Below are positions 39,417-54,218 of a stretch of DNA of 64,000 nucleotides, in pieces (within the stretch, counting starts at the first letter, position 1; each line of letters starts with the position of its first letter). The stretch is from assembly GCA_012295275.1 (NCBI GenBank), contig CM022671.1, positions 2,170,001 through 2,234,000 on the forward strand, in the 5' to 3' direction. The notes beneath the pieces are model-generated. The model had not been told where the DNA came from, made no database searches, and was given only the letters and a program-made list of their open reading frames with translations. Made by a program: the position numbers and the translations under genes. This DNA is from Chrysomallon squamiferum (taxonomy: Eukaryota > Animalia > Mollusca).

Positions 39417-41867
39417 TCATTTCTTTCTTTCTTTATTTATTTATATATGTTAATATGACAAACAATCGGTGTAATACATAATATGAATGGAAGTTTTGTA
39501 TTTAGAAGTCTTGTAAATTAATTAAAATTATTTCTTCATCTTTAATCTTTCTTTCTTTATTCCTTTGTGCTTCTCTTTTTTCTTTATTTCTTTCGGATTT
39601 TATTTACCCCTTATTTTATTATTTCTTCTATCTTTCTCGTAGTATCTTTTAAATTTATTTATCATATTTTATATAGACAAGTCAATAACATTGTAACTAT
39701 TTTTTATTCAAGATATTTACACAAGTAAATGTGTTTTTTCGTTATTTCTTCTCTCTCCTTCTTTTCTCTTTACTACTTATTATCTTGAAAACAAATAAAT
39801 TGTCAACTGAAAGATTTTTCTTATGTAATTTGTATTTCATTCTTATATTTATTTATTTATTGATATATTCAAAAACAACAACTACAACAACAACAAAAAA
39901 AAAACGTTCGTTACAAGGCATACTATTTCTAACACGTAACATTTTTATATTTGTTATAATATTAATTTAAAAAACACAAACAAAACACTGTCATCTGTAG
40001 ACGTTATAACATACGTATGTCGTAAAGCTAACTAATAATACACAAATGACTTTTGTCAGGTGTTTCGTTACGGATTATATACACCAAGAAAAATGTCAGC
40101 TCTGTCGTCTTAACTACAGAAACACATTAACGTGTTTATCAGAGGAAGCCGTTGTGAAGCAAGCCTTTCATAGTCTTTTTCTCTTAAAAGACGGGGCTGA
40201 GCGTGTCTTTGTTACCAATCTTTTTCATACCAGTGGTATAAAAATACAGATCTCCGTCTACGTAAAGAAATATACACTGTTATTAGGTCTTTCTTGTGCT
40301 CAAGTGTCATTGCTATTTATCGTTACTAAGATCACTGTGACATGCATTGAATAGTTGTTTTATTCTGTGTCGTAAGTTGAAAGATTAAATGATTACACTG
40401 GTACCAGGATCTGAGTGGAAAACAGTAAAACAAAAACAGTAGGGAAAACAAAACTAAATTAAAAATGTCTTATACATTAAGGTTTACAGATTTGATGATA
40501 AAATAAATACGTGTTATGTCTGTGTGACTGTACATCTAGTATGTAAATATAATTATACTGTTGTCTGTTTTCTTTTAAACTATTTTTTTATATGTTCTCA
40601 GTCGCTTTATTTAATAAGGACACATTCATACATAGATACACATACATATGCCTTTACATATATATAAAGTAAATTTGTAAAGCTAGGACTTAAAACTTTA
40701 CAGCAGAGTACTGATTCATCCCGATAGTCACGTAGATGATATTACATAATTATTTGTTTCTTTCTTTTCTGTCTCTGATATTAAAGATTCAACGAGCAAA
40801 ACTTTTCTTTTAAATACTGAAATATTTCTCAGAATGATGTTATAAGGACTGACTTGTCAAGTTAATTACACCTTTGGGTCACTGTTTACAGAGCGCATGA
40901 TACACATCAGTGAATAAATTCCTACAGGAACTATTCATTCTTATTTTTTATATATGTTCTTAGTAATGTAGACCACATACATTGACAGAAAAATAAACAA
41001 GCTAAGTGGAAAAAAACTTCGTCTTAGTTTTGTTTGAAAGATATAAAGTACTGAATTTATTTCCCAAAGTTCTGACTGATTATTTTATGACAAGTTTGGT
41101 GTAAACTATTAAAGTGATTCGAACGCAGTGAGAAATCAGTTAAATGATTAATTTGATGATAAATTAAGAGTTTAAATCAGTAAATGATGATAAATTAAGA
41201 GTTTATTAATATATATAAAAAAAAAACATTTGTATCCTGAATTATACAGTCAAATAGTTATTGCTAAAGTTTTATCGGTGTTTAAAACTGTTAACCTCCC
41301 TTTAATAAAATTATGTTGAAACAGGAAGATGAAATAGACCTCCTACTGACAGAATATTTCTTGAATTTTTCTAAGTGTTAATGATTATAAACTCCATTTT
41401 TACTATATTAAGTTGTAGTTTTAATTACCTATTTATTTGTTTATTTTTACATTTGGTATTATTCTTCTCAATGACTACCTTCTTCTTATAATATTATTTT
41501 ATGGAAATAAATATTATGAACTGTTTTACTGTCATGTGGCATTTTAATAAACAATATAATTTAATTATTAGAAGACAGTAGATATTAGCAACTAAATAAA
41601 ATTACAAGTCATTTCATGTGATTATAGACACCAACAAAATTTAAACAAATTGGGAATCAAATTGGGAATCAAATAAAAGGTTACCGAATTTGAAACTAAG
41701 GAAATAAAGTTTAAAATTAAATGTAACTAGCCGATACAATTCCGAGACTAAAAATGAACGAAAGAATGACTGAATAAAATTAACTAATTTAAAAAAATAA
41801 AAAAATAAAAAATAAATAAATAAAATTTAACAGACATATTTCATTTATTGATATTTTGTTGTTCCAG

Positions 41868-42226
41868 GAATTTGAAGAAAATGTGTAAAACCATGGGAGG
41901 TCTTATCTTCTTACTCTTTATTCTACCATCCGTGTATTCTTCAATAAAACCTCACTGTAAAGTACCCAGCGAATATAAACAACGTATACATTCTTCCACA
42001 GTTTGTCAAAGTGGATGTGAAGATGGATGACACGGTGACCATTGTAGACGAATGTGTCATAAGTTCTGTGTGAAATGTGATCGCGTGACTGGAAATTGTT
42101 CTGGACAGTGCAAAGACGGTTATTTTGGAGATCACTGTTTCATTCCCTGTCACCACTGTAGTGCTGGATGTGACGCTAAAGGCGAATGTAGTAAATCTAC
42201 AAAACCAACACCATCAGCTAGCATCA
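41868..42226 (+). pseudogene. Type B EGF exon with TGG>TGA stop at 42028-42030 and GC donor
   Basis: ORFs 41848 and 42052 are one frame split by the stop; paralogs have EDGW. Confidence 0.85.
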
Positions 42227-42725
42227 GCAAGTTACTTTACAGAATTATTATTATTCAGTCGTGGTTTATCATTTATATACACTGGTGACTTTCAGTTTTT
42301 CGGACTAATAGAATGCAGCACCAGTCCGGAAAATTCAAAAGTCTGGAAAGCAACCTAAAATTTACCGAAACATTAAACTTTAGTACAACTGTATAATATA
42401 TTTATGTAATATTGTAAGAACAGTATAGAGAGACGCCTTATTCAAGAAGTTCTATCATTCCTGACTGACACTAAGATGCATGTTTTATTTTTTTTCTCTC
42501 CCTTGTTCCCATATAATGTATTGTTAGTCCCCAAAAATCTATTTTAGTAGGTGAAATAATGAAACAGTGGCGCTGATTTGGAGAAAACACTGTTCTGCCA
42601 TTCCGCTCACAACCTGCCATCTACCGGACACTGCACGAGTTGTCGGTTCCTGTCTGGGAACTGGCAGTAAGTTCAAATATTTAGATTTTAACAGATATGG
42701 TCCAAGAAATCAAGTCAGAACAAAC

Positions 42726-42795
<70 letters not shown>

Positions 42796-42969
42796 CGATA
42801 ATCTTTCACAGGCGCAAGAGCCTCGTTATTTAATATTATGTTATAGTTTTAATTATCTGTTATTCTTCTTCTCAATCACGACCTTCTTATTATAATATTA
42901 GTTTATGTAAATAAAGCATTTCATGTTTTATCGACATGTGACACATATGATTATTATTGTTGTTGTTGT

Positions 42970-43000
<31 letters not shown>

Positions 43001-43704
43001 AATGCCTCAAATTGTTTTTAATTTTTAAACAAATTAGAGGAGAATCCAGGCTTTAGCCTATTTAGCTTCATGAATAAAACGGTCTTGACAGCAGCTGTTT
43101 AGTTTAAATAAATGTACTGATACTATAATTATATAGAAGTGAACAGTGAGGTGCAAAGTAATTATAATGTAAAATGGGTTTACAGTAAGGGCATAAAATA
43201 ATTTTAGAGTGATATATAGTGACAGTATATAAAATATAAAGTGGAAGTATATAATAAGTAAGCAATGAGGTGTTTAATAATTATGTCTACAGTAAGGTAT
43301 ATAACAAATATACCGAGAGTGTATATAGTAAATACACACAGAATGTAACAAGAGTACAGTGAGAGTATGATAAATACTCAGTGAGAATAAGTATACAGTG
43401 AGAATAAGTATACGTATAAAATGAGGTTACATATAATAAGTATAGACTGAGGTTTATAATAAGTATGGAATGAGGTATATAATAAATATATGGTGACAGT
43501 TATAAGTACACAGAAAGTATTTTATAAGTACACAATGAGTGTATATTATAAGTGTACAGTGAGGTACGCAATAAGTATACTGTGGGTAGATAAATGTATA
43601 GTGAGGTATGTAATAATTATGCAGTGAAATATATAATAAATATACAGTGCGGTATAAAATATGTGTGAAGTGAAAAAAAAAACACTAAATAAACAGAGTT
43701 CTAA

Positions 43705-43770
<66 letters not shown>

Positions 43771-43981
43771 CATATAAATTATGTTCATTATATCACTTTT
43801 CATTGACTTTAGTAAAATTTACAAAATAAGATTAAACGATGAACGAACCTAAAGGATTTTCAAATTGATTTGCTACCAATTATACATCATTAGACACATA
43901 CGCATGTACAAATAAACAGATTTACATACATATAGAGATATATATTTTTAATTTTATAACATTTTTCAAAATTACTTCCAG

Positions 43982-44123
43982 ATGGTAAATTGACAATTGA
44001 GAACATCCCCATCGTTATAGCCATAGTCACTGGAATCTTCGCCGGAATCTTCATCGCAATCGTATTCGGAATTTGGATCGGCATCCGCATGGAATCGAGC
44101 ATCGACCCTAGCCCTGTTACAAA
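43982..44123 (+). CDS. Transmembrane exon with glycine zipper (phase 1 to phase 2)
   Basis: TTCCAG|AT GGT..: GKLTIENIPIVIAIVTGIFAGIFIAIVFGIWIGIRMESSIDPSPVT. The donor GTTTAT is weak. Confidence 0.65.
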
Positions 44124-45063
44124 GTTTATTATTTGAGGTTTGTCATTTTCCACGTCAGGTTCATCAAAAGGTCTTTGTTTGTGATCTGTACTACAAGAAA
44201 GTCTATATTAAAATATCTTCTAGTTAATCAGCAAAGAGTAGCTAATACCATGACGACCCAGGTTTTCTCTCTCAAAATAAATTTGATATTTTAATTTTTT
44301 TCTGACATTTCAGATGTAACAGCTGAATATTCTACAATCTTAGAAAGATGATACTGCAGTTTTTAATTCTTATGTTATTAAGACTTTCTGAAATAAACAT
44401 AGATGTCAAAGGTTAAGACCACTGCAGTCGAAAGATATCCATTTAAATACTATTTCTGTTAACGTTATAAATAGATAAATAGCAATCAGATTTTTAGAGT
44501 AAAATGGTGAAAATACAGACAGATTAAAATAGAAATTATTCTTTTATAGTTTAATTTTTCTTTCTTTTGTCTTTGTTCCGTAATTATGGATTTTTAACTT
44601 GTTCTGATACATATGAACATGATCGTAAACATAAAACGTGAAACAAACATACAGAAGTAGAGACTACTAATGTCTTTTTGGTATTGCTGCTGTTACGGTT
44701 TTTATTGTTATTGTTGTTGGTTCGTTTTGTTTTTAGAATTAAATATTTATTTTATTTGTACAAGAAAACCTAAGTATCATGATGTAGTAGGATGTCCATA
44801 ATAAATAAGATTTTCTTCGCTTATAACAAATGCTGCGATGTTTAAACTAACTGATGTATGGACGACACTGAACTCGTTGGATTAAGCATAGTAATAAAAG
44901 CATAGTGTATGTGTGTATACATGTATGTATATATGTATGTACGTATGTATGTTTCCTTCTATGTTTTTTATATGCATGCATGCATGTAAGTATGTATATG
45001 TATATATGTATGCACGTAGGTATGTATGTACATATGTGTGTCCCTTCGTATGTATGTTTGATT

Positions 45064-45436
45064 GATGTATGTGTGCCAGAATGCATGTTTTTAACTGTCT
45101 ATATTTGTCTATCTATGTCAGATTGTTTATGTATGTTTAATTAATTGGTATTTGTTTATTTTAATTACAGATCCACTAGGAAGAATTTAGTTGAGATGCA
45201 GTAAGAAAATGTATCTGTTTTTCACACTCTATCTACTTCTACGTCTGTCTTTGTCTAGTCAGTCGAGGTATCTACGTATCTACTTCCTTATTTATATTTC
45301 TTTCTTTGTTTCTTTCTTCTTTCTTTCACTGCATATATACATGTAACTTTCTATCTATTGTCCATCTATCTATCTATCCATCCATCCGTCTATCTCTATC
45401 TATCTATATATCTATCTATCCATCCATCTATCTATG

Positions 45437-45488
<52 letters not shown>

Positions 45489-46990
45489 TAGATAGATAGA
45501 TAGATAGATGTTTCCTTCCATCGTGCATGCATGTATGTATGTATATATGTACGTATGTAGGTACGCATGTATGTCCGTTCGCATGTATTTTTTACTTGAT
45601 GTATGTGTGCTAGAATGCATGTTTTTAGCTCTATATCTGTCTATCTATATCAGACTTTTTATGTCTGTTTAATTAATTAATATTTGTTCATTTTAATTAC
45701 AGATCGACTAGTGAGAATCCAGCTGAGATGAAGTAAGACAATTTATCCGTTTTCCACACTCTATCTATTTATGTGTACCCACTTCTCTGTCTATCGGTCG
45801 CGATGCCTGCATATCTATTCCCTTTTTCTATTTCTTTCTTTCAGTGCATATACACATGTACCTGTCTGTTCGCTGGTCTGTATATCTATCTACCTAGTTA
45901 TCTGTCTGACTGTCTGTCTGATTGTGGGTGTGTGTATATATTTATGTATATATATTTATTTGTATGTTTTTTTATGTATGTGTGCATGTATCTATGTATA
46001 TAATGCATGTATGTATATATGTACGTACGTACCTATGTAGGTACGCATTATGTCCGTTCGTATTTATGTTTGCTTGATGTATGTCTGCTAGAATGCATGT
46101 TTTTAACTCTATATCTGTCTATCTATATCATACTTTTTCTGTCTGTTTAATTAATATTAATATTTGTTTATTTTACTTACATAGGGGGAATTCAGCTTAG
46201 AATGAGTATGAAAATGTATCTGTTTTTCATACTCTGTTTATATGTACCTACTTCAATGCATATCTATCTCTTTTTATTTTTCTTTCTGTATCTATCTGTC
46301 TATCTATCTATCTGTGTATATGTCTCCTTCCTATATATTCTTGGCCTTTGCTTGAAGAAGGAAATCGACAGAGTGACTGACTTTCAGAAGAATACTGTAG
46401 AATAAAGAAGAAGACTGAAATAAAGGTGAAATTGTTTGGTGTTTGTTTTGTTTTACTGATGTTAATAGTGGAATTAAAATGAAAAAAAAGGTTATTTTTT
46501 TTTTAATTGATACAGTTTCTGAAGTTCTATCAGCATTTGATATAGAAATACAGATGCATTATTTAAAAAGATTACCAGTTAATGAAAGAAGCTGTTTTAT
46601 ATCTACAACATAGTAAGAAAACGTCCTGCTACTCAACCCAGATAAAAAAAGGTTATTTTTTTTAATTGTAACTTTTATCCGTTTTTCGCGAATTAATATT
46701 ATTTAGGGAATTTAAAATCGCATATACAGTACCGCTCGAGATGAAAATAAAAACAATTTTGTTGACTGGTAAAAATTAAAATCGCTATAACTGTTTTTTA
46801 ATGAATGTAGGAATTAGATAGGTAGCTACATATGTATGTGTGTCAGTATATATGCACGTTCTTTTGTATGTATGTATGCAGGAATCCATGTTTCTATCTG
46901 TCCATGTCTAACTATTTATATATTTCTGTTCAAGTAAATAGTATTTGTTTAATTTAATTACAGGTCGACTAGAGAAAATGTATTTTTTTT
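45064..46990 (+). repeat. Tandem ~0.5 kb units, each carrying a splice-flanked micro-exon (45171-45200, 45703-45732, decayed 46185-46205, and 46964 onward)
   Basis: GATGTATGT(G/C)TGC.AGAATGCATGTTTTTA...TTAATTACAG|ATC(C/G)ACTAG..GAGATG(C/A)A|GTAAGA is repeated. Confidence 0.75.
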
Positions 46991-47957
46991 GACTTTCTAT
47001 GAATTTATTCCTATTAGGGAATTTAAAAGTTACTTTGAAAAAATAATGTCAATTTTGAATCCAGCCGTAACTGTTCAGATGTCAGCTAATGCATATGTAT
47101 ATGTACAATATCCCATTAAATTTGTTTTTCTTTTTTTTCTTTTTTTATGTCTAACTATTTCATATTTATAGATTATACACTGTTGAACTAATTAAGTGAT
47201 ATCTGACTTTGACTCTCTATGAATTTTTTTATTGGAATAAAATAAATAATAGTATTGACTAGTTTATTGCATAACATCTTTTACGTAGATACATAATTAA
47301 AATTGAACGATTATTTAATTTATAAATACATTACAAGACAAGATATGAATTTAAATATGTTTGTATATTTGAAAAGTACATCCACAAATATATATACAGT
47401 TTATATATTTTTTCAATGAATATTCTTCTCAAAATACTCTTTTAAACTCTCAGTCAGCAATTAAACAGAAGTAACTTTACACTTTTTTCAGTTGAATACC
47501 ATTCCTCGAGAAATCTGTGTCCAAGTTATCCTTCTTTGACTGTATATACATCCAAAACAAGTTTTGTTTTAAAAAATAGTTTAGTTGTGTATGTGGTTTT
47601 AAATATATATACTGATGTTTAGAGCTATTAAAACCAGTACGAATTAATTACGTTGTGCCAAGTTTATAAATCAGAAAATATATTAACTTTCGCTAATGTA
47701 CACACTTGTAAATATAATCTGTTGTTGCTGGTTTTTTGTATCAATAAATACATTTACATCTATATTTGTCTGTGTATGTGTCTGCATATTTATCAAATTC
47801 ATTTGAGTTGTCTTCTAATTATTTCGTTATTTATTTAATATTTATATCTATACATAGTTTATGTACTCTGGATTCTTATCTTGTCTCTAGACTGATTATA
47901 CAAATGTAGAGAATCGTTTTATTCATATTAGGCATTACGTTGATGTGCTGTTTATAA

Positions 47958-48005
<48 letters not shown>

Positions 48006-48134
48006 AAAAAAAACTAGGTTTCTAATTAACTGTTTATTCTTTTCGTTTTAAGTTAGTGTATATGTACAAGTGTTCTACAGTCTGTCACAGATTACCATTT
48101 TTCTTACACGATTTGTGCAGTTGATAGTCAAAAC

Positions 48135-48551
48135 CTAGACACTCAAGTTAGAAATGCATTTCAGAACGGATGCAGCAATGATAATTACAGCTAATTCGTT
48201 GGTTGCTTCTTTGGGAAAAATGTGTTCAAAAATTAGAACAACGGAGAATACTGGATATACTAGAAAAGACAGCAAAGTCGCAGATATAACATATTTTATC
48301 GTAGAAAGTAATTGTTTATCATAGGTAGGCATTGCAAGGATTATCTCCCCGCAAAGCTGTTTAACACGAAATATCAAACACGATTCAGCAGATAGTGGAA
48401 GAATAAACAGTGACTGGATTATCATAAATAACCTAAGTCTTGATGACCAAAAATGTAATCAGATTAGGAAACATAACATTACATGACATATCAAATGTGT
48501 ACAAACTACCTTAATCTGCATAGAAACAATATCAGTTGTCGATGGTTCCAT
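48135..48551 (-). pseudogene. Unknown intronless multi-hydrophobic (about 4 TM) ORF, interrupted by TGA at 48459-48461
   Basis: MEPSTTDIVSMQIKVVCTHLICHVMLCFLI*LHFWSSRLRLFMIIQSLFILPLSAESCLIF...ATLLSFLVYPVFSVVLIF...LAVIIIAASVLKCISNLSV*. A second, frameshifted partial copy lies at 358-633. Confidence 0.4.
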
Positions 48552-49104
48552 GGTACGTTTTATTATTAATCTGTTTCTCGGTTATATAAAATTTCCATGT
48601 TGTTGTTGTTGTTTTTGTAATCTTCTTCTTTTTTTTCTTTTCTGTTTTTTTTTTAAACACGAAGATTTGCCGAACTTACTTTTCAGTGGAATTAACCTAT
48701 ATAATTTCAAAACGGATTACTGATAATACACTCAGACATGTATAATATGAGTAATCCGTTTTCATAACATTACAAAAGGTTTATTCTAAATTTGATTTTT
48801 AAAATTCATTATTTATGTAAAAGAAATGATAATTAAAATTGTATACAATTGGTCAGCCGTATTTTTATATAAAAAATGTCTAATTTAACTTATTTATTGT
48901 TATTCATCTCATCATTGCTTTATGTAATTATAGAGGTTATTGTTTAAATTTCTATTTAATGCATCAAGATGAATGACTTTTTCATTAAAACATCACAATA
49001 AGATAGTACAGCACCTACTTTTACTACTACTAAATAAATAAAATTTAATAATATAAACAAAAAATATTTTGTTTCCTTTAATAACGATCATTATAGTGGA
49101 TATG

Positions 49105-49141
<37 letters not shown>

Positions 49142-49440
49142 TTAACGACAGTTTTAAGACGACTAAGGGAACCAGTTTAGTAACCTTTTTAGAAATCGTA
49201 AAACACGAAATAACTTCCTTTTTTATTTATTTAATTAATCGTGAAAACTCGCGTGATCTGACAGTTACTACGTCAAATTAGCATACACGATCACGTTCGC
49301 ATTCTCCAGAAATGTTTTATCTCTATTCAGTATATAAAGAAAGGTATATTTTTTTCCTAAAAATCTTTCTTCTTGGAGAATTACGACCACTGCATGTACA
49401 CAAGTGACTTTTATTGAGCCGATGAATAGATTATTTTCTT

Positions 49441-49497
<57 letters not shown>

Positions 49498-50329
49498 AAT
49501 AATATAAATAAAATAAAATAAAATAATATAAGTACTTATATGTTTACACAATAATGACAGACTGTAAATCGTATTCTGAATATGTAGAGGAAACTTGTAA
49601 AACTGGAAACTATATTATTGTGTCTAACAGCAGCTTTATTTTACATGAATAATTCGTGCACTAGCATCGATAACAAAAACTATAATGATGATGATAACAA
49701 TAATGACAACAGTAATAATATAGATCATAATAAAAATAATAATTATGATGATGACTATGATGATCATGATAATAATGTTATTCATGATGATAATAAATGA
49801 CAAAATAAATAAGTTGCTTTAGCATTTAGAAAGGTTACAAAAGTATAAATGTGTAAATAATAAGCAATGAATGAAAGAAAAGAAAACAGAACAATAATAG
49901 GAATTAAAGATAAAAAAATATATCAAAATAAAAAGAGACCTTAAATAGCGACACATTATTAGGTTTGTAACAGTTAAAGTTATTTTGTTCTTCCATATAA
50001 TTATGCTAATATATTTTACTAAGCGGTCATAAATAACACATAATCATATGACTTACAGCAGAAAAATAAACATTTACAATCCTTCTTTAGTGAATTATCA
50101 CATTTATAAGCTAAAACACACCAGACGCTAAGATTGTATATAGATTCTCTATATAAGATGCCAGAGAACCTATTAATTATGTCCTGAATTTTATTATTTC
50201 ATTTATAGCCACTAAGTATAACAGATAGCAAAATAATCGACTTATTTACTTAATTATAACTACAGCAATACTTTTATTAACATTATTTATTTAATTTTAT
50301 TTATTTTTTACATTTTATTTTGGCTTTTT

Positions 50330-50361
<32 letters not shown>

Positions 50362-50368
50362 TTTTACA

Positions 50369-50420
<52 letters not shown>

Positions 50421-50540
50421 GAAGAAACTTAAAGATATATTTTAATTACCAAATTAAATGTAGAATATACAGAATAAAAAAACTATATACATGTACCAAA
50501 AATGTTAAAACACAGAGTAAAAAATGTATTGTCAGTATAT

Positions 50541-51516
<976 letters not shown>

Positions 51517-53279
51517 GTAAGTGTATTTCAAATTAATGTAGTGTCTGCAATGTAATGTTCTGAATATCAATGTTGGAAAAGCATGGATCTCTAGGTATGG
51601 CTTACTCCCATTTGGTCGAATCGCTAAAACAGCAATAGATTTCTACAGCTGTCATAAATAATACGTCATAAAACTTACAGTAGTGAATTAACAGATTTAT
51701 AAGCTAAAAACACAAGACGAAAAGACTATTTACAGATTATCTCTCTATAGAGGCCAGATACCCTGTTAATTATATCCTGTTTTTAGTATTTTATTTATAA
51801 CCATAAAGTATAATAGATTATTTACTTAAATATAACTACAGCAATACTTTTATTATTATTGTTATTGTTATTATTGTTATTGTTGTTGTTGTTGTTGTTG
51901 TTGTTGCTGATGTTGTTATTGTTGTACACTATACTTAAAAATATTTTTAATATACAGATTACATGTAAAATATATAGAATAAAAAAACTATATACACGTA
52001 CCAAAAATGATAAAATGCATCAACATTATTTAATAAAGTGAATTAAATTATTTTGTGTGGAGTAAAATTTGTATTATCATTGGAAAACCATATATATATA
52101 TATATAACATTATTTAACAAAGTGCCATAAATTATATAAAAAAAAAAACTATTTATTTTAATTACAAATGTTAAACTTTCAGTTGTTGTAATCTGTAAAT
52201 ATTAATTTATGTTTTTATATATGGACAACATATTACAATAATTGATTAATTAAATAAATAGGAATAATAATAAGTGTATTTTCTCTTCTTTTCTTTTTTA
52301 TTATTATTAATATTATTATTTACTTGTTCAGTTTTTCTTTGGTTCTTTCATTTAGAACCTACATACACTTGTTATTCACTTACTTGTGGAGTGCTTAGAT
52401 GAAGCGGAAATTAGAAGAAAAAAAAAGCATTTTCTCTTTGTAAAGAAACACGAAGAATAAAAACTGCAGTTTTACAGATTTACAATCAAGGCTCAGTTTT
52501 ATGAATAATTTTGAAATTTGTTCTAAAGTAGATTGCTTTAGCATTGGTAAATTGCTCTTATTTAAGATAAATAGAAAATCACTGGTAATATTATTAACAT
52601 CTACGTAACACACTGTGTACTGTGCAGTTGTCTAAAGATATTCACTCAAGTGTGAAATGTGAGTCATTTTATATAACTTATATATTACCTTGAAAGGTAC
52701 ATGTAAAGAATTTTGTATCGCTCTACCCAGTATAGACCTTCCTGACCTTATAGCTCAGATTAACAATTCTCGGTAAAAGTATTTTCTAAGGACTCCTTGG
52801 AATTTATCTAGAAAAGGCTGTACTTCTATGTTTCAGTTATGTTTTTATCTCAAAATGTCAAAAACTACAAACGAAACAAAAACAAAAAAATGAAAAAAGA
52901 AAAGAAAAGAAAAAAAGAATGCATAAAAGAGAATAAGAAATACAGAAAGAAAAGAGAAGGGGAATAGAAGTAAGGATGGAAAACCCAAGGTAAACAGAGA
53001 AAAAGGAAGATTTTGTATTGGTATCACAGTTTATCTTGTTATACAAACGCGGGCAGTTCAGTTATAATTCCATTTTGTTATGTTTTCTTTATGACGAATA
53101 CACTCACAGACACAGTTACAACAATGGATATTATATTATAGAACAGTTTCTCTTTTATCACAGTTCCTGTTTTAATCATCTTTGCAAGTTTTGTCATGGA
53201 CAATTTTTATACTATCAATGCTTTATTTTATCTTGTTTATTTTTCTGCTTATAAAGTGTTATAGTCGCTTGGCCTCAGA

Positions 53280-53325
<46 letters not shown>

Positions 53326-54218
53326 TTTTCTCTGCAAACTGATTGTTTCGTTATTTGCTTATTTATATACGTCTTTTTCATTATTTTAATATGACGAACA
53401 ACCAGTGTAATATATATGATTTTGTTTTTTAATAATAATGTAGTTTTAACATATTTTACATACAAAAAAAAATAGCCAGCATTTTCATTTGAAATGAAAC
53501 AAAATGTAATAAACCAATGTTCGTAAAATCAAGCTAGCAGAAGTGATATGTAAAAGTGTTATTTTTAATACATAAAATATTGAAAGAGTTCACTGAGGAT
53601 GCGTGTCAAACGTGTAAGTATGCGGTAATTTTAAATGTAGCACCGCACTTATCTCCCTTTAAAAGAAATTAAGGATGGCAGAAGAAAGACGCACTTTTAA
53701 ATTTTAAATGTTTTATTAGCAGCCTGTTATCTCTGATATGAATCTAGACATAGACAGGGAGGTATGTAGTCCACACTTTGATCAGTCAGTCTTGAAGAAC
53801 TCGCAGGTATTTGTCAAATGTATGTAATCAAATGTTAGCTGTTGTAATTAACAGTGTTCATATAAATATTATTATTATGTAATTTTTTTTTTTTTTTTTT
53901 TTTTACTTAACACATTAGTCTACAGGTAAAACTGCCAACAAATTTATTTAGCACATTTATTGACATTTTGAAAAATTAACATGATGACAAATAATAATAA
54001 TATAAACCCATTAGGCTGTTTTCTGATGAAACTGGTTTATCCAATGTCATGATTTATTAAATAAGTAAATGGTTATATACATATTTTATAATTGTCATAT
54101 TTTCTTAATAATATTTATAAATATGTGTCACATTTTTCAAAGTATCCAGCTTTTCATACATATACACACAATATCAAAATTAGCAAACTGATGTTATTTT
54201 TTGTGATGACATTTATTT

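Larger units (their letters stand above)
34061..40275 (+). repeat. ~6.2 kb segmental duplication, copy 2
   Basis: Colinear with 2625-8738. Confidence 0.95.

Noticed and set aside
15112-42030. In-frame TGA as selenocysteine, readthrough or an alternative genetic code
   Set aside because: TGA replaces both Arg and Trp, co-occurs with frameshifts, TGG is used normally for Trp, and TGA ends the intact gene at 62952.
43130-43670. Loose TACAGTGAG/AAGTATA repeats (similar tract at 7000-7330) as a CRISPR-like or coding array
   Set aside because: Degenerate minisatellite with no constant repeat-spacer structure; eukaryotic context, no cas genes.
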